A DNA stretch of 63,338 bases, the filler included, from Chiloscyllium plagiosum (Eukaryota): the NCBI RefSeq assembly GCF_004010195.1. It is 4 parts of one record of this genome, joined end to end, with 100 filler letters (N's around TTAATTAATTAA, not from the genome) between each part and the next. Parts side by side here need not be neighbours in the genome. Positions count along the whole stretch, not along the records: positions 1 to 28,230 come from NC_057716.1; 3 more parts are not named here. One strand, written 5' to 3'. Numbering within the stretch: position 1 is the stretch's first letter; each line of letters starts with the position of its first letter. This document shows positions 12,490 through 23,936 of this stretch, in pieces. A program made the translations under genes and the position numbers. The notes beneath the pieces are model-generated. The model did not search any database. It had not been told where the DNA came from and was given only the letters and a program-made list of their open reading frames with translations.

Positions 12490-14226
12490 AGCTCCCTCCC
12501 TGGTAGGACTGTTCCAGTTTCACTCCATGTGATATCACAAACAGTTGGAGGCACTGGATACCGTGAAGGCCATGGGCCCTGACAACATTCCAGCAATAGT
12601 ACTGAAGATATGTGTTCCAGAACTTGCTGCTCCTCGAGCCAAGCTGTTCCAGTCCAGTTACAACACTGGCATCTACCTGACCATGTGGAAAATTGCCCAG
12701 GTATGTCCTGTACATAAAAAGCAGGACAGATCCAACTTGGCCAATTCCCGCCCCATCAGTCTACTCTCGATCATCAGTAAAGTGATGGAAGGGGTCAGTA
12801 ACAGAGCTATCAAGCAGCACCTGCTCAGCAATAACCTGCTCAGTGACGCCCAGTTTGGGTTCCCCCAGGGTCACTCAGCTCCTGATCCCATTACAGCCTT
12901 GGGTCAAACATGGACAAAAGAGCAGAGGGATGGGGAGAGGGACAGCCCTTGACATCAAGGCTGCATTAGACTGAGTGTGGCATCAAGGAGTCCTGACTAA
13001 ACTAGAATCAACGGGTATCGGGGGCAAACTCACTGCTGGTTAGAGTCATACCTGGTTCACAGGGAGATGGCCATGGTTGTTGGAGGTCAGTCACCTCAGC
13101 TCCAGGACATCTTCGCAGGAGTTCCTCAGGGGAGTGTCCTAGGGCCAACCATCTTCAGCTGCTTCATCAATGACCTTCCCTCCATCATAAGGTCAAAAGT
13201 CGGGATGTTCGCTGATGATTGTACAATATTCAGCACTATTTGCCACTCCTCAGATACTGAAGCAGTCCATGTTCAAATCAAGTAAAACCTTGGACAATAT
13301 CCTGGTTTGGGCTGACAAGAGGCAAGTAACATCTGTGCCACACATGGGCTAGGCAATCATCATCTTCAATTAGAGTCAATCTAATTACTGGTCCTTGACA
13401 TTCAATGGTATTCACATCACTGAATCCCCAACTATCAACATCCTGGGGGTTACCACTGACTAGAAGCTCAACTGGAAACACCACATAAACACAATGGCTA
13501 CAAGAGCAGGTCAGAGGCAAGGAACACTGCGGTGAGTAACCCACCTCCTAGCTCCCCAAAGCCTCTACAAGGCACAAGTCAGGAGTGTGATGGAATATTC
13601 CCCACTTGCCTGGATGGGGGCAGCTCCAACAACACTCAAGAAGCTTGACACCATCCAGGACAAAGCAGCCTGAAAAATGTGTTGCTGGAATAAGTCCTTC
13701 TTCAGCATTCTCCTGCTCCTTCGATGCTGCCTGACCTGCTGCGCTTTTCCAGCAACACATTTTTCAGCTCTGATCTCCAGCATCTGCAGTCCTCACTTTC
13801 TCCTAGGACAAAGCAGCCGCTTGATTGGCACCACATCCATAAACATCCACTCCCTCCACCACTCAGTAGCAGCAGTGTGTACCATCTACAAGATGCACTG
13901 CAGACACATACCTAGGCTCCTTAGTCAGCACCTTCCAAACCCACGGCTACTTCCATCTAGAAGGACAAGAGCAGCAGATCCATAGGAACATCACCCCCTG
14001 CAAGTTCCCCTCCAAGCCACTCACCATCCTGACTTGGAAATATATCGCCGTTCCTTCACTGTCACTGGGTCAGAATCCTGGAATTTCCTCCCTAAGGGCA
14101 TTGTGGGTCACCCTACAGCACATGGACTGCAGCGGTTCAAGAAGGCAGCTCAGCACCACCTTCTGAAGGGCAGTTAGGGATGGGCAATAAATGCTGGCCC
14201 AGCCAGTGATGCCCACATCCCATGGA
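12490..14226 (+). mobile_element. CR1/L2-group LINE (distinct from the main CR1), RT plus 3' UTR
   Basis: KAMGPDNIP, RPISLLSIISKVME, QFGF, GVPQGSVLGP and MFADD motifs; 3' tail ...gggcaataaatgctggcccagccagtgatgcccacatccc. Confidence 0.85.
13671..13804. mobile_element. Penelope-like fragment (family A) with 14-bp TSD
   Basis: Perfect TSD aggacaaagcagcc (13657-13670 and 13805-13818); partial inverted arm. Confidence 0.8.
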
Positions 14227-14531
14227 TCATTACAAAAGAGATTTTGACACAAACATCATAACAAGTTATCAACCTGTTTTCTATCACTATCATGACACAC
14301 ATTCAATCCCCAGTGAAATATCATTCCTTGCTCACCTTTATAAAACATTACTTCACTGAATTCCCCAGTTTTTCTTCATGACGTTGGAGACAATTGCTTG
14401 TTTTTTTTCCAGATTTGTGAATGTGAACCTCTTACAATTCTGATGACCCAAACCTTCCCACTTCGAACAACTTGATGATCTCTTGGAAACTTCATTGACT
14501 GAGAATCACTGCTGAAGTAATTGGTTCTCCC

Positions 14532-14805
14532 CTGACAGTGCGGCACTCCCTCAGTACTGACCCTCGGACAGTGCAGCACTCCCTCAGTACTAACCCTCCA
14601 ACAGTGTGACACTCCCTCAGTACTGACCGTCTGACTGTGCAGCACTCCCTCAGTACTGATCCTCCAACAGTGCGGCACTCCCTCAGTACTGACCCTCCGA
14701 CTGTGCGGCACTCGCTTAGTACTGACCCTCTGACAGTGTGGCACTCCCTCAGTGCTGACCCTCCGATAGTGCAACAATCCCTCAGCAACGTTCCTCCCTC
14801 AGTGC
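14532..14805. repeat. 33-bp minisatellite (~8 copies)
   Basis: Unit gacagtgcggcactccctcagtactgaccctcc. Confidence 0.9.
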
Positions 14806-14887
14806 TATCTGTCCTGAGGATGAGGGTGTGTGGGTGAATCAGTGGGTTTGAGGGTGTGTTGCAGTAGAGATTGAGGCTGAGGGATAA

Positions 14888-15122
14888 GAACATAGAATAT
14901 AGAACAATACAGTGCAGAACAGGCCCTTCGGCCCTCAATTTTGCACTGACCTGTGAACTATTCTTAGCTTGTTCCCCCTATACTATCCCAAAATCATCCA
15001 TATGCTTATCTAAGGATTGTTTAAATCTCCCTAATGTGGCTGAGTTAATTACATTGGCAGGTAGGGCAGTCCATGCCCTTACCACTCTGCATAAAGAAAC
15101 TGCCTGTGATGTCTGTCTTAAA
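14888..15122 (-). mobile_element. CR1 3' end fragment
   Basis: Reverse complement matches the 3' end at 46650-47200. Confidence 0.8.
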
Positions 15123-16619
15123 AGGGAGAGGACAAATGGGCAGAGGATTAGGGTGATGGGACAATCGTGAGGGGGTGGGTTTATAGGGTAGTCGTTGAGG
15201 AGTTGGTTTGGGCACCATGTGTAGTAGTGGATTGTGGGAGTATGATGAGGGGATTCGGGCAGGGTGGACAGAGGCTGAGACGGTTGGTTATGTGGGTAGG
15301 GTGAGGGGGAAGGNNNNNNNNNNNNNNNNNNNNNNNNNNNNNNNNNNNNNNNNNNNNNNNNNNNNNNNNNNNNNNNNNNNNNNNNNNNNNNNNNNNNNNN
15401 NNNNNNNNNNNNNNNNNNNNNNNNNNNNNNNNNNNNNNNNNNNNNNNNNNNNNNNNNNNNNNNNNNNNNNNNNNNNNNNNNNNNNNNNNNNNNNNNNNNN
15501 NNNNNNNNNNNNNNNNNNNNNNNNNNNNNNNNNNNNNNNNNNNNNNNNNNNNNNNNNNNNNNNNNNNNNNNNNNNNNNNNNNNNNNNNNNNNNNNNNNNN
15601 NNNNNNNNNNNNNNNNNNNNNNNNNNNNNNNNNNNNNNNNNNNNNNNNNNNNNNNNNNNNNNNNNNNNNNNNNNNNNNNNNNNNNNNNNNNNNNNNNNNN
15701 NNNNNNNNNNNNNNNNNNNNNNNNNNNNNNNNNNNNNNNNNNNNNNNNNNNNNNNNNNNNNNNNNNNNNNNNNNNNNNNNNNNNNNNNNNNNNNNNNNNN
15801 NNNNNNNNNNNNNNNNNNNNNNNNNNNNNNNNNNNNNNNNNNNNNNNNNNNNNNNNNNNNNNNNNNNNNNNNNNNNNNNNNNNNNNNNNNNNNNNNNNNN
15901 NNNNNNNNNNNNNNNNNNNNNNNNNNNNNNNNNNNNNNNNNNNNNNNNNNNNNNNNNNNNNNNNNNNNNNNNNNNNNNNNNNNNNNNNNNNNNNNNNNNN
16001 NNNNNNNNNNNNNNNNNNNNNNNNNNNNNNNNNNNNNNNNNNNNNNNNNNNNNNNNNNNNNNNNNNNNNNNNNNNNNNNNNNNNNNNNNNNNNNNNNNNN
16101 NNNNNNNNNNNNNNNNNNNNNNNNNNNNNNNNNNNNNNNNNNNNNNNNNNGGGGTAGGGGGTAGGGGTGAGGGGGTAGGGGTGAGGGGGACGGGGTAAGG
16201 GGGAAGGTGTGAGGGGGTAAAGGTGAGGGGTAGGGGTGAGGGTGTTGACTTGATAAATAACCAAAAACAACTCCTTGAAACTGGTGAAGGTGTTAGTGAT
16301 GTTTATGGTGACCGCGGTGTGGGGATCACTCAGACTGGCTCTAGTTATGTCAGTAATTCCCTCTGTAACTAGTAGGGATCACTATCGCTCCATTTCTGGG
16401 AACGAGCGAAGTGCTTTGTTATTCTGTCTCCAGTGCTTGAGCGGTAATTCACTCTTCAATGTTACACAATGGCCATATCAGTTACTCTGCTAACCGGTGA
16501 ATTAACCATTAATCAATCCCTGGCAAGTGGTAAAGTAATACTAGTTACATCTGTTAATCAAGGAAGTCAGTAGCTTCTCTGTCTTGGTGACCAGGAAAAT
16601 TATTACTTTTCCTATGGTA

Positions 16620-18046
16620 ACCAGTGATGAGAGGTGAGTTAGTGTATGTTACACCCCAGTGATCAGGGGTGAGTTATTGTATATTATACCTCAGGGATCA
16701 GGAATGAGTTTGTGTATGTTATACCCCAGTGATCAGGGGTGAGTTATTGTATGTTATGCCCCAGTGATGAGGGGTAAGTTAGTGTGTATTACACTACAGT
16801 GATCGGGGTGAGTTAGTGTATGTTATAGCCCAGTGATGAGGGGTGAGTTAGTGTGTGTTATACCACAGTGATCGTGGCGAGTTAGTGTATGTTATACCCC
16901 AGTGATGAGGGGTGAGTTAGTGTATGTTATACCCCAGTGATGAGGGGTGAGTTAGTGTATATTATACCCCAGTGATCAGGGTGCATTAGTGTATGTTATA
17001 CCCCAATGATCAGGGATGAGTTAATGTATGTTATACCCCAGTGATCGGGTGTGTTATTGTATATTAAACCACAGTGATCGGGGATGAGTTAGTGTGTGTT
17101 ATACCTCAATGATCAGGGGTGAGTTCATGTATATTATACCCCAGTGATCAGGGGTGAGTTAGTGTATGTTATACCCCAGTGATCAGGGGTGAGTTAATGT
17201 ATGTTATACCCCAGTGATCAGGGTGAGTTATTGTATGTTATACCCCAGTGATCAGGGTGAGTTATTGTATGTTATACCCCAATGATCTGGGGTGAGTTAG
17301 TGTATGTTATACCCCCAGTGGTCGGGGTGAGATATTGTATATTATACCCCAGTGATTGGGGTAAGTTAGTGTATGTTATACTTCAGTGATCGGGGTGAGT
17401 TAGTGTATGTTATACCCCAAAGATCAGGAGTGAGTTAATGTATATTATACCCCAGTGATCAGGGGTGAGTTATTGTATGTTATACCCCAGTGATGAGGGG
17501 TGAGTCAGTGTGTGTTATACCACAGTAATCGTAGTGAGTTAGTGTATGTTACACCCCAGTGATCGGGGGTGAGGTATTGTATGTTATACCTCAGGGATCA
17601 GGAATGAGTTCGTGTATGTTATACCCCAGTGATGAGGGGTGAGTTAGTGTATGTTATACCACAGTGATGAGGGGTGAGTTAGTGTATGTTATACCACAGT
17701 GATCGGGGTGCGTTAGTGTACGTTATACACCAATGATCAGAGATGAGTTAATGTATGTTATACCCCAATGATCAGGGGTGAGTTAATGTATGTTATACCC
17801 CAGTGATGAGGGGTGAATTAATGTATGTTATACCACAGTGATCGGGTGAGTTATTGTATATTATACCCCAGTGATCAGGGGTGAGTTTATGTATATTATA
17901 CCTCAGTGATGAGGGGTGAGGTAATGTATGTTATAGCCCAATGATCAGGGGTGAGTTAATGTATGTTATACCCCAGTGATCGGGAGTGAGTTAGTGTATG
18001 TTATACCCCAGTGATCGGGAGTGAGTTAGTGTATGTTATACCCCAG
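16620..18046. repeat. 34-35-bp minisatellite (~40 diverged copies)
   Basis: Unit ataccccagtgatcaggggtgagttagtgtatgtt, contiguous with no spacers. Confidence 0.95.
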
Positions 18047-18384
18047 CATGCCTGGTCACTTTCTCAGTGTTTCTGGTTTTGAAAGAATAACGAGGTGAGT
18101 GGCTGGGAATTCACATTGTGCTGTTTTGTTCAGACTTGTTTACTAAGTCAATGTTCTGCTCTCAGACATCTGTGGTTCAGGAGCTGTGCTCACTCGGGTG
18201 GAATGTACAGTCGGTATAACATCAAACAAACACGAAGGAACATCAGGGGCCTCCAAGAGGTAACACTCCCCAGCCCTCCGCCACCAACGCTCTGACTCAA
18301 GAGAAACACAACACCAGCTCTCCACTGGCCTTTCCATCCCTTACATTTCACTCTCTCTCTCGCTGCCTACAATGTTGGGTGAGA

Positions 18385-18778
18385 CCTATACTTGCTGGGG
18401 TTTACAAGAATGAGAGGGTTTCTTGTGGAAACCTATACAAACCTAACAGGATAGACCCAGGAAGGATGGTTCCAGTGACCAGGGAGTCCCGAACCAAGGG
18501 GTCACAGACTAAGGATATGGGGTGGGCCATTTGGGGCTGAGATGAGGAGAAATGTCCTCACCCAGAGAGTTGGGGAGCCTGTGGGATTCTCTGCCACAGA
18601 AAGCGGCTGAGGGCAAAACATTGAATGTTGTCAAAAAGGAGTTAGACACAGTTCTTAGGGCTAATGGGATCAAAGGTTATGGGGGAGAAAGTGGATTATC
18701 AGCCATGATCACTTTGAATGGTCAAGCAGGCTTGAAGGGCCAAATGGCCTACTCCTGCTCCTGTTTTCTATGTTTTGA
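18385..18778 (+). mobile_element. CR1 3' fragment
   Basis: Typical CR1 3' sequence ending gggccaaatggcctactcctgctcc. Confidence 0.75.
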
Positions 18779-19334
18779 TGTTTGTCTCTCTGCTCCAGTC
18801 CTTAACGTTTACTGTCTCTATTTCCATCTACCTCTCTGGCCCCTGTTCTCTTGCTATTCTGTGTTTTTTGTGTATAGTTTGCTCCCAGCAACATGGAGCT
18901 GAATCAGATGAGAGTATTAATTTGCACGTGTTCCTCTTAGCCATTGCGAATCTTTCACAATCCTACCACGTCCCAGTTCAGGACCCCCTCTTTTGAAATG
19001 ACCAATAAGGGGATGTGTGAGAAGAATTGTCCATCCAGTACTTTTCTTAACAGCACAGAAAGTCAAGAGGAGATTTATGCTGAGATCCTGAGGAATTTCA
19101 ATGAAGAAAGTGAGGATGAACGGTTTCCAGGGAAATGAGGGTCAGTAACCAGAGGGACACAGATTGGAGTGAACCAGCGAAAGGTTCAGGGGTGCAGTCA
19201 TGATGCTCTTGCTTATGCAGTGAGGTTGATCTAAGACACACTGACTGAGAGGGCAGTGGAAGTTCACTCAATTGGAACTTTCCAAAGGAAGTTGAATAAA
19301 TACTTGAAGAGGAACACTGTGGAGAGGTGGTGAC

Positions 19335-19820
19335 CCAGTGGTAGTACTGCTCACGCTCTGGTGACCAAGGTACGAATCTCACCATGGCAGATGGTGGAAT
19401 TTAAATTCAATTTTTGTCAAAAAATGGAAATTAAGAGTCTAATATGACCCAAATTCCATCTGGCTCACTAATGTCTTTTAGGGAAGGAAATCTGCCGTCC
19501 ATACCAGGCCTGGCCTACATGTGACCCACGCTGAAAATGTGTTGCTGGAAAAGCACAACAGGTCAGGCAGCATCCAGGGAACAGGAGAATCGACGTTTCG
19601 GGCATAAGCCCTTCTTCAGGATTCCTGATTCCTGAAGAAGGCTTATGCCCGAAACGTCGATTCTCCTGTTCCCTGGATGCTGCCTGACCTGCTGCACTTT
19701 TCCAGCAACACATTTTCAGCTCTGATCTCCAGCATCTGCAGGCCTCACTTTCTCCTCCTACGTGACCCACAGCAATATGGTTGACTCTCAACTGCCCTCA
19801 GGGGCAATTAGGAATGGGAA
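19335..19820 (+). mobile_element. tRNA-derived SINE (family 2), interrupted by a Penelope-like fragment
   Basis: ccatggcagatggtggaattt...gggaaggaaatctgccgtcc...gacccacagcaat...gggcaattagg. Confidence 0.7.
19530..19756. mobile_element. Penelope-like fragment (family A), ~90-bp inverted arms with hammerhead cores on both strands
   Basis: Minus core at 19596-19619 (ctgaagaagggcttatgcccgaaa), plus core at 19632-19654; TSD ccta(ca)tgtgacccac / cctacgtgacccac. Confidence 0.85.
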
Positions 19821-20539
19821 AGATGTGGTGGGATTTTTAAGAGTCACAGAGCTTTCAGAGCACAGGAAGAGGCCCTTCCGCCCATCATGCCCATGTCTGT
19901 TGTGAAGCATCTATCGACTCTCACCTCATTTACCAGCACTTGGTCCATAGCTTTGTTGGCTGGGGAAATTTCTCGTTGATAACACGGGTCATTGATGTAC
20001 AGGAGTGCACTGCTAATGATTGTTCTGTCCACTTGGACATTGGTTGACTGGGATAGGCCTTTGTTGTCAAGGACTCACAGCTGTAGTATGGAGAAGGACA
20101 CAGCTGTCAGACCTCCCAATCAATCGTGGCCTTCAGAAAGATGTGTCTGCCAAGATATGGGGTATTCTCAATATATTCCAGACTCTAATAACCGAAAGAA
20201 CTGCATATGCTGTAAATCAGAAACAAAAACAGAAGTGTCAAGAGTCTCACCTTCCATATCTTTGGGAGCTGGAATATTCAGCTGACCGGGTCTGGGGTTA
20301 ATACAAGTTTGTTTTGGCGACGTTACAGCGGGTTGAGTCTATTACGCGCAGCATTGAAGAGATTGAGAGTGCCTTACAGGTTTCGTTGAGACAGGGCAAT
20401 GACACTGCAATCATTTGCAGACTATCGATCCTGTATGCTTCTTGCAGTCAGTTTAGTTTTTTTTGACACAGAGGTCAAAGAGTTATCCACCCAAGCATCA
20501 CATGGGGGCCAGAGGAGGGAGGTGGGAGCGGTATTTGGA

Positions 20540-20910
20540 AGCACTGTGGTAATGTCACTTGAGTAGAAACCTGGAGGCCCATGCTAATCCTTTCTGGAAC
20601 ACGAGTTCAAATCTCCCCAGAGCAGATGGTGGGATTTACATTCTAGTTGAATTAAACTAGAATGAAAGGACAATGTCGGTAATGATGAAATGATGATTTA
20701 CTGATCTTCAAAAACCCATCTGGGTCACTGATGTCCTTTAGGGAAGGAAACTGCCATCCTTACCTGGTCTGGGCTACACGTGACTCCAGACCCACAGCAA
20801 TGTGGTAGACTCTTAAGTGTCCCCTGAAATAACCTAGTAACCACTCAGTTCAAGGGCAGAAACTGGTAGCCTTGGTAATGATGTTCACATCCCATGAAAG
20901 AATAAAAATA
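20540..20910 (+). mobile_element. tRNA-derived SINE (family 2), near full length
   Basis: B-box-like gagttcaaatc, conserved body, and a tail matching the LINE 3' end at 14165-14226. Confidence 0.75.
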
Positions 20911-22886
20911 GTCATTTGGTAGCAATAGAACTTGAGACACATTTTGTTGAAGGTTTTTTTGTCTTGCACTCATCAGGATAATTCATGAGAATCACCAAAG
21001 TGAATGGAAATCAACTTTTGTACTATGTGAGAGGAGAGTGTAGCGATTGTAATGAGGTCAGCCAGGTGGACCTCATACAATAGGAGTTCCCTCATTGGGG
21101 CTTTTAACCTGGTCCAATCAGGGAGCCCTGGTTAACAGATATAAACAGGAGGGAGCTGTCTTTTGTGTACAGCTGTCAATGTTTTTTGCAAAAAAAAATA
21201 TAAACAGGAGATTCAGGAGGTCTCCTCATTCTAGGGAAAAAAATAATATAAACAGGAGATTCAGCGTCTCCTCAGTTTAAGGGAAAAAAAAATAAATAAA
21301 CAGGAGTACTACCGCACTTAGGCGGTAGTGTGGGGGTTAAAAAAATATATATATATATATAAATAGGGATTCGCTGTCACCCCGGGCAGGTACCGGGGTG
21401 GGCTGCCCCAGAGGTGGTCGAAAGGTGCTGAGGGTGGTTAGTGAAGCCGGAAGGTGGGTAGGCCGTCCTGACNNNNNNNNNNNNNNNNNNNNNNNNNNNN
21501 NNNNNNNNNNNNNNNNNNNNNNNNNNNNNNNNNNNNNNNNNNNNNNNNNNNNNNNNNNNNNNNNNNNNNNNNNNNNNNNNNNNNNNNNNNNNNNNNNNNN
21601 NNNNNNNNNNNNNNNNNNNNNNNNNNNNNNNNNNNNNNNNNNNNNNNNNNNNNNNNNNNNNNNNNNNNNNNNNNNNNNNNNNNNNNNNNNNNNNNNNNNN
21701 NNNNNNNNNNNNNNNNNNNNNNNNNNNNNNNNNNNNNNNNNNNNNNNNNNNNNNNNNNNNNNNNNNNNNNNNNNNNNNNNNNNNNNNNNNNNNNNNNNNN
21801 NNNNNNNNNNNNNNNNNNNNNNNNNNNNNNNNNNNNNNNNNNNNNNNNNNNNNNNNNNNNNNNNNNNNNNNNNNNNNNNNNNNNNNNNNNNNNNNNNNNN
21901 NNNNNNNNNNNNNNNNNNNNNNNNNNNNNNNNNNNNNNNNNNNNNNNNNNNNNNNNNNNNNNNNNNNNNNNNNNNNNNNNNNNNNNNNNNNNNNNNNNNN
22001 NNNNNNNNNNNNNNNNNNNNNNNNNNNNNNNNNNNNNNNNNNNNNNNNNNNNNNNNNNNNNNNNNNNNNNNNNNNNNNNNNNNNNNNNNNNNNNNNNNNN
22101 NNNNNNNNNNNNNNNNNNNNNNNNNNNNNNNNNNTGTAAACTGTTTGAATGGTAGGGTTTGGGGCCTGGCTTTGCTGCTCCTCTCCCTTGTAAAATTGCT
22201 GTCTCTTGTATGCAGCTGTAAATGTAACTGTTTGTTGTAAACTGTTTTTGTTAAAAAAAAAATAAATAAACAGGAGGGGAGAAAAGAGAAAAAAAGATAA
22301 ACAGGAGGGGAGGTGGTGGAAATTGAATAAAGATTTGTGCACTTTGTCTTTCACTGTGTCTCACACGTATACAAAAAAAACAAACAAGAGTGTAGCCACT
22401 CGGGTGTTTTCCTATCTTCCTGGTGGTGGAATTTGAATAAAGATTTGTGCACTTTGTGTCTTTCACTGTGTCTCACACGTATACACACACACCATTGGTG
22501 CTGGGGATAAAATAAGCACTACCGCACTGAGGTGGTAGTGCGGGGAAAAAAGAGAAAAAAAAATAATAAAAAATAAAACAGGGACCCTGCTCCTGGGCCC
22601 ACAAAGAAAAAAAAATAAACAAACATCTGTGGCTCACTGTTTTGATCACACAGCACTGCCCTTTGATGTGAAGGGCAGTGTTTGTCACTGGCCACCCGGG
22701 TGTTTTCCTATCTTCCTGGTGGTGGAATTTGAATAAAGACTCGTGCACTTTGTGTCTTTCACTGTGTCTCACACCTGCACACACACACCATGGTGCTGGG
22801 GAGAAAAAAATAGAAAAAAAACCGAAAAAAAACAGGAGATTAGAAAAAAAATAAACAGGAGATTCTAAAAAAAAACACAAACAGGA

Positions 22887-23015
22887 GTTAGAGCCCGGGT
22901 GTCCTTGGAGAAGGAGCACGCGGTGTCCACCAACACCCTGGAGTTGTTCAGGGAGAGGTGGGCGCCGCAGGGAGTGGAGTGCATTATTTCTCCCTCCAAC
23001 ACTATTTTGATTTAG
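22887..23015 (+). pseudogene. Tx1-clade LINE ORF2 C-terminal fragment
   Basis: VRARVSLEKEHAVSTNTLELFRERWAPQGVECIISPSNTILI* resembles the Tx1 ORF2 end (R.R...E..H...T.....FR..WA....C); followed by the repeated 3' UTR. Confidence 0.7.
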
Positions 23016-23616
23016 TCCCTACCCTCCCCCTCACTGTTTTGATCACACAGCACTGCCCTTTGATGTGAAGGGCAGTGTTTGTCACAAAAAAAAATAAACA
23101 GGAGGGGAGAAAAGAAAAAAAGGATAAACAGGAGGGGTGGTGGTGGAAATTGAATAAAGATTCGTGCACTTTGTCTTTCACTGTGTCTCACACGTATATA
23201 AAAAAAAACAAACAAGAGTGTAGCCACCCGGGTGTTTTCCTATCTTCCTGGTGGTGGAATTTGAATAAAGATTCATGCACTTTGTGTCTTTCACTGTGTC
23301 TCACACCTGCACACACACACCATGGGTGCTGGGGTAAAATAAGCACTACTGCACTTAGGTGGTAGTGTGGGGGTTAAAAGGGAAAAAAAACAGGAGTGCC
23401 ATGGGTGCTGGGGAAAAAAAAAGCACTACCGCAGTTAGGCGGCAGTGTGGGGGGGAAAGAAAGAAAAAAAAATAAACAGGAGTAAGGTGGGAGGGGCGGG
23501 GGCTTGCTGAGTCTAAAAAAAAAAACAGGAGCCTCACTACCGCACTTAGAACACTTAGGTGGTAGTGTGGGGGTTAAATTATTTTTTAAAAAATTAAAAA
23601 ATAAATAAACAGGAGG

Positions 23617-23936
23617 GGGGCAGTACGGTGGCTCAGTGGTTAGCACTGCAGCCTTACAGCACCAGGGACCCAGGTTCGAATCCAGCCTCGGGTGACTGTG
23701 TGTGGAGTTTGCACATTCTCCCTGTGTCTGCGTGGGTTTCCTCTGGGTGCTCCGGTTTCCGCCCACACTCCAAAGATGTGCAGGTCAGGTGGATTGGCCA
23801 TGCTAAATTGCCCATAGGTTAGGTGCATTAGTCAGAGGGAAATGGGTCTGGGGTGGGTTACTCTTCGGAGGGTCGGTGTGGACTTGTTGGGCCGAAGGGC
23901 CTGTTTCCACACTGTAGGGAATCTAATCTAATCTAA
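23617..23936 (+). mobile_element. HE1-type V-SINE
   Basis: A box ggtggctcagtggttagc, B box ggttcgaatcc, V-core ctgtgtggagtttgcac, (aatct)n tail. Confidence 0.9.

Noticed and set aside
14376..14938. Cys/His-periodic ORFs resembling zinc fingers
   Set aside because: They are translations of the 33-bp minisatellite.
14978..16270. Long X-containing ORFs here and at other gaps
   Set aside because: They are open only because they span N runs.
16620..18046. CRISPR array
   Set aside because: No unique spacers, the units are diverged and contiguous, there are no cas genes, and the context is eukaryotic.
23617..23700. tRNA gene
   Set aside because: The A/B boxes are the head of an HE1-type SINE and continue into the SINE core and tail; the same applies to the other copies.
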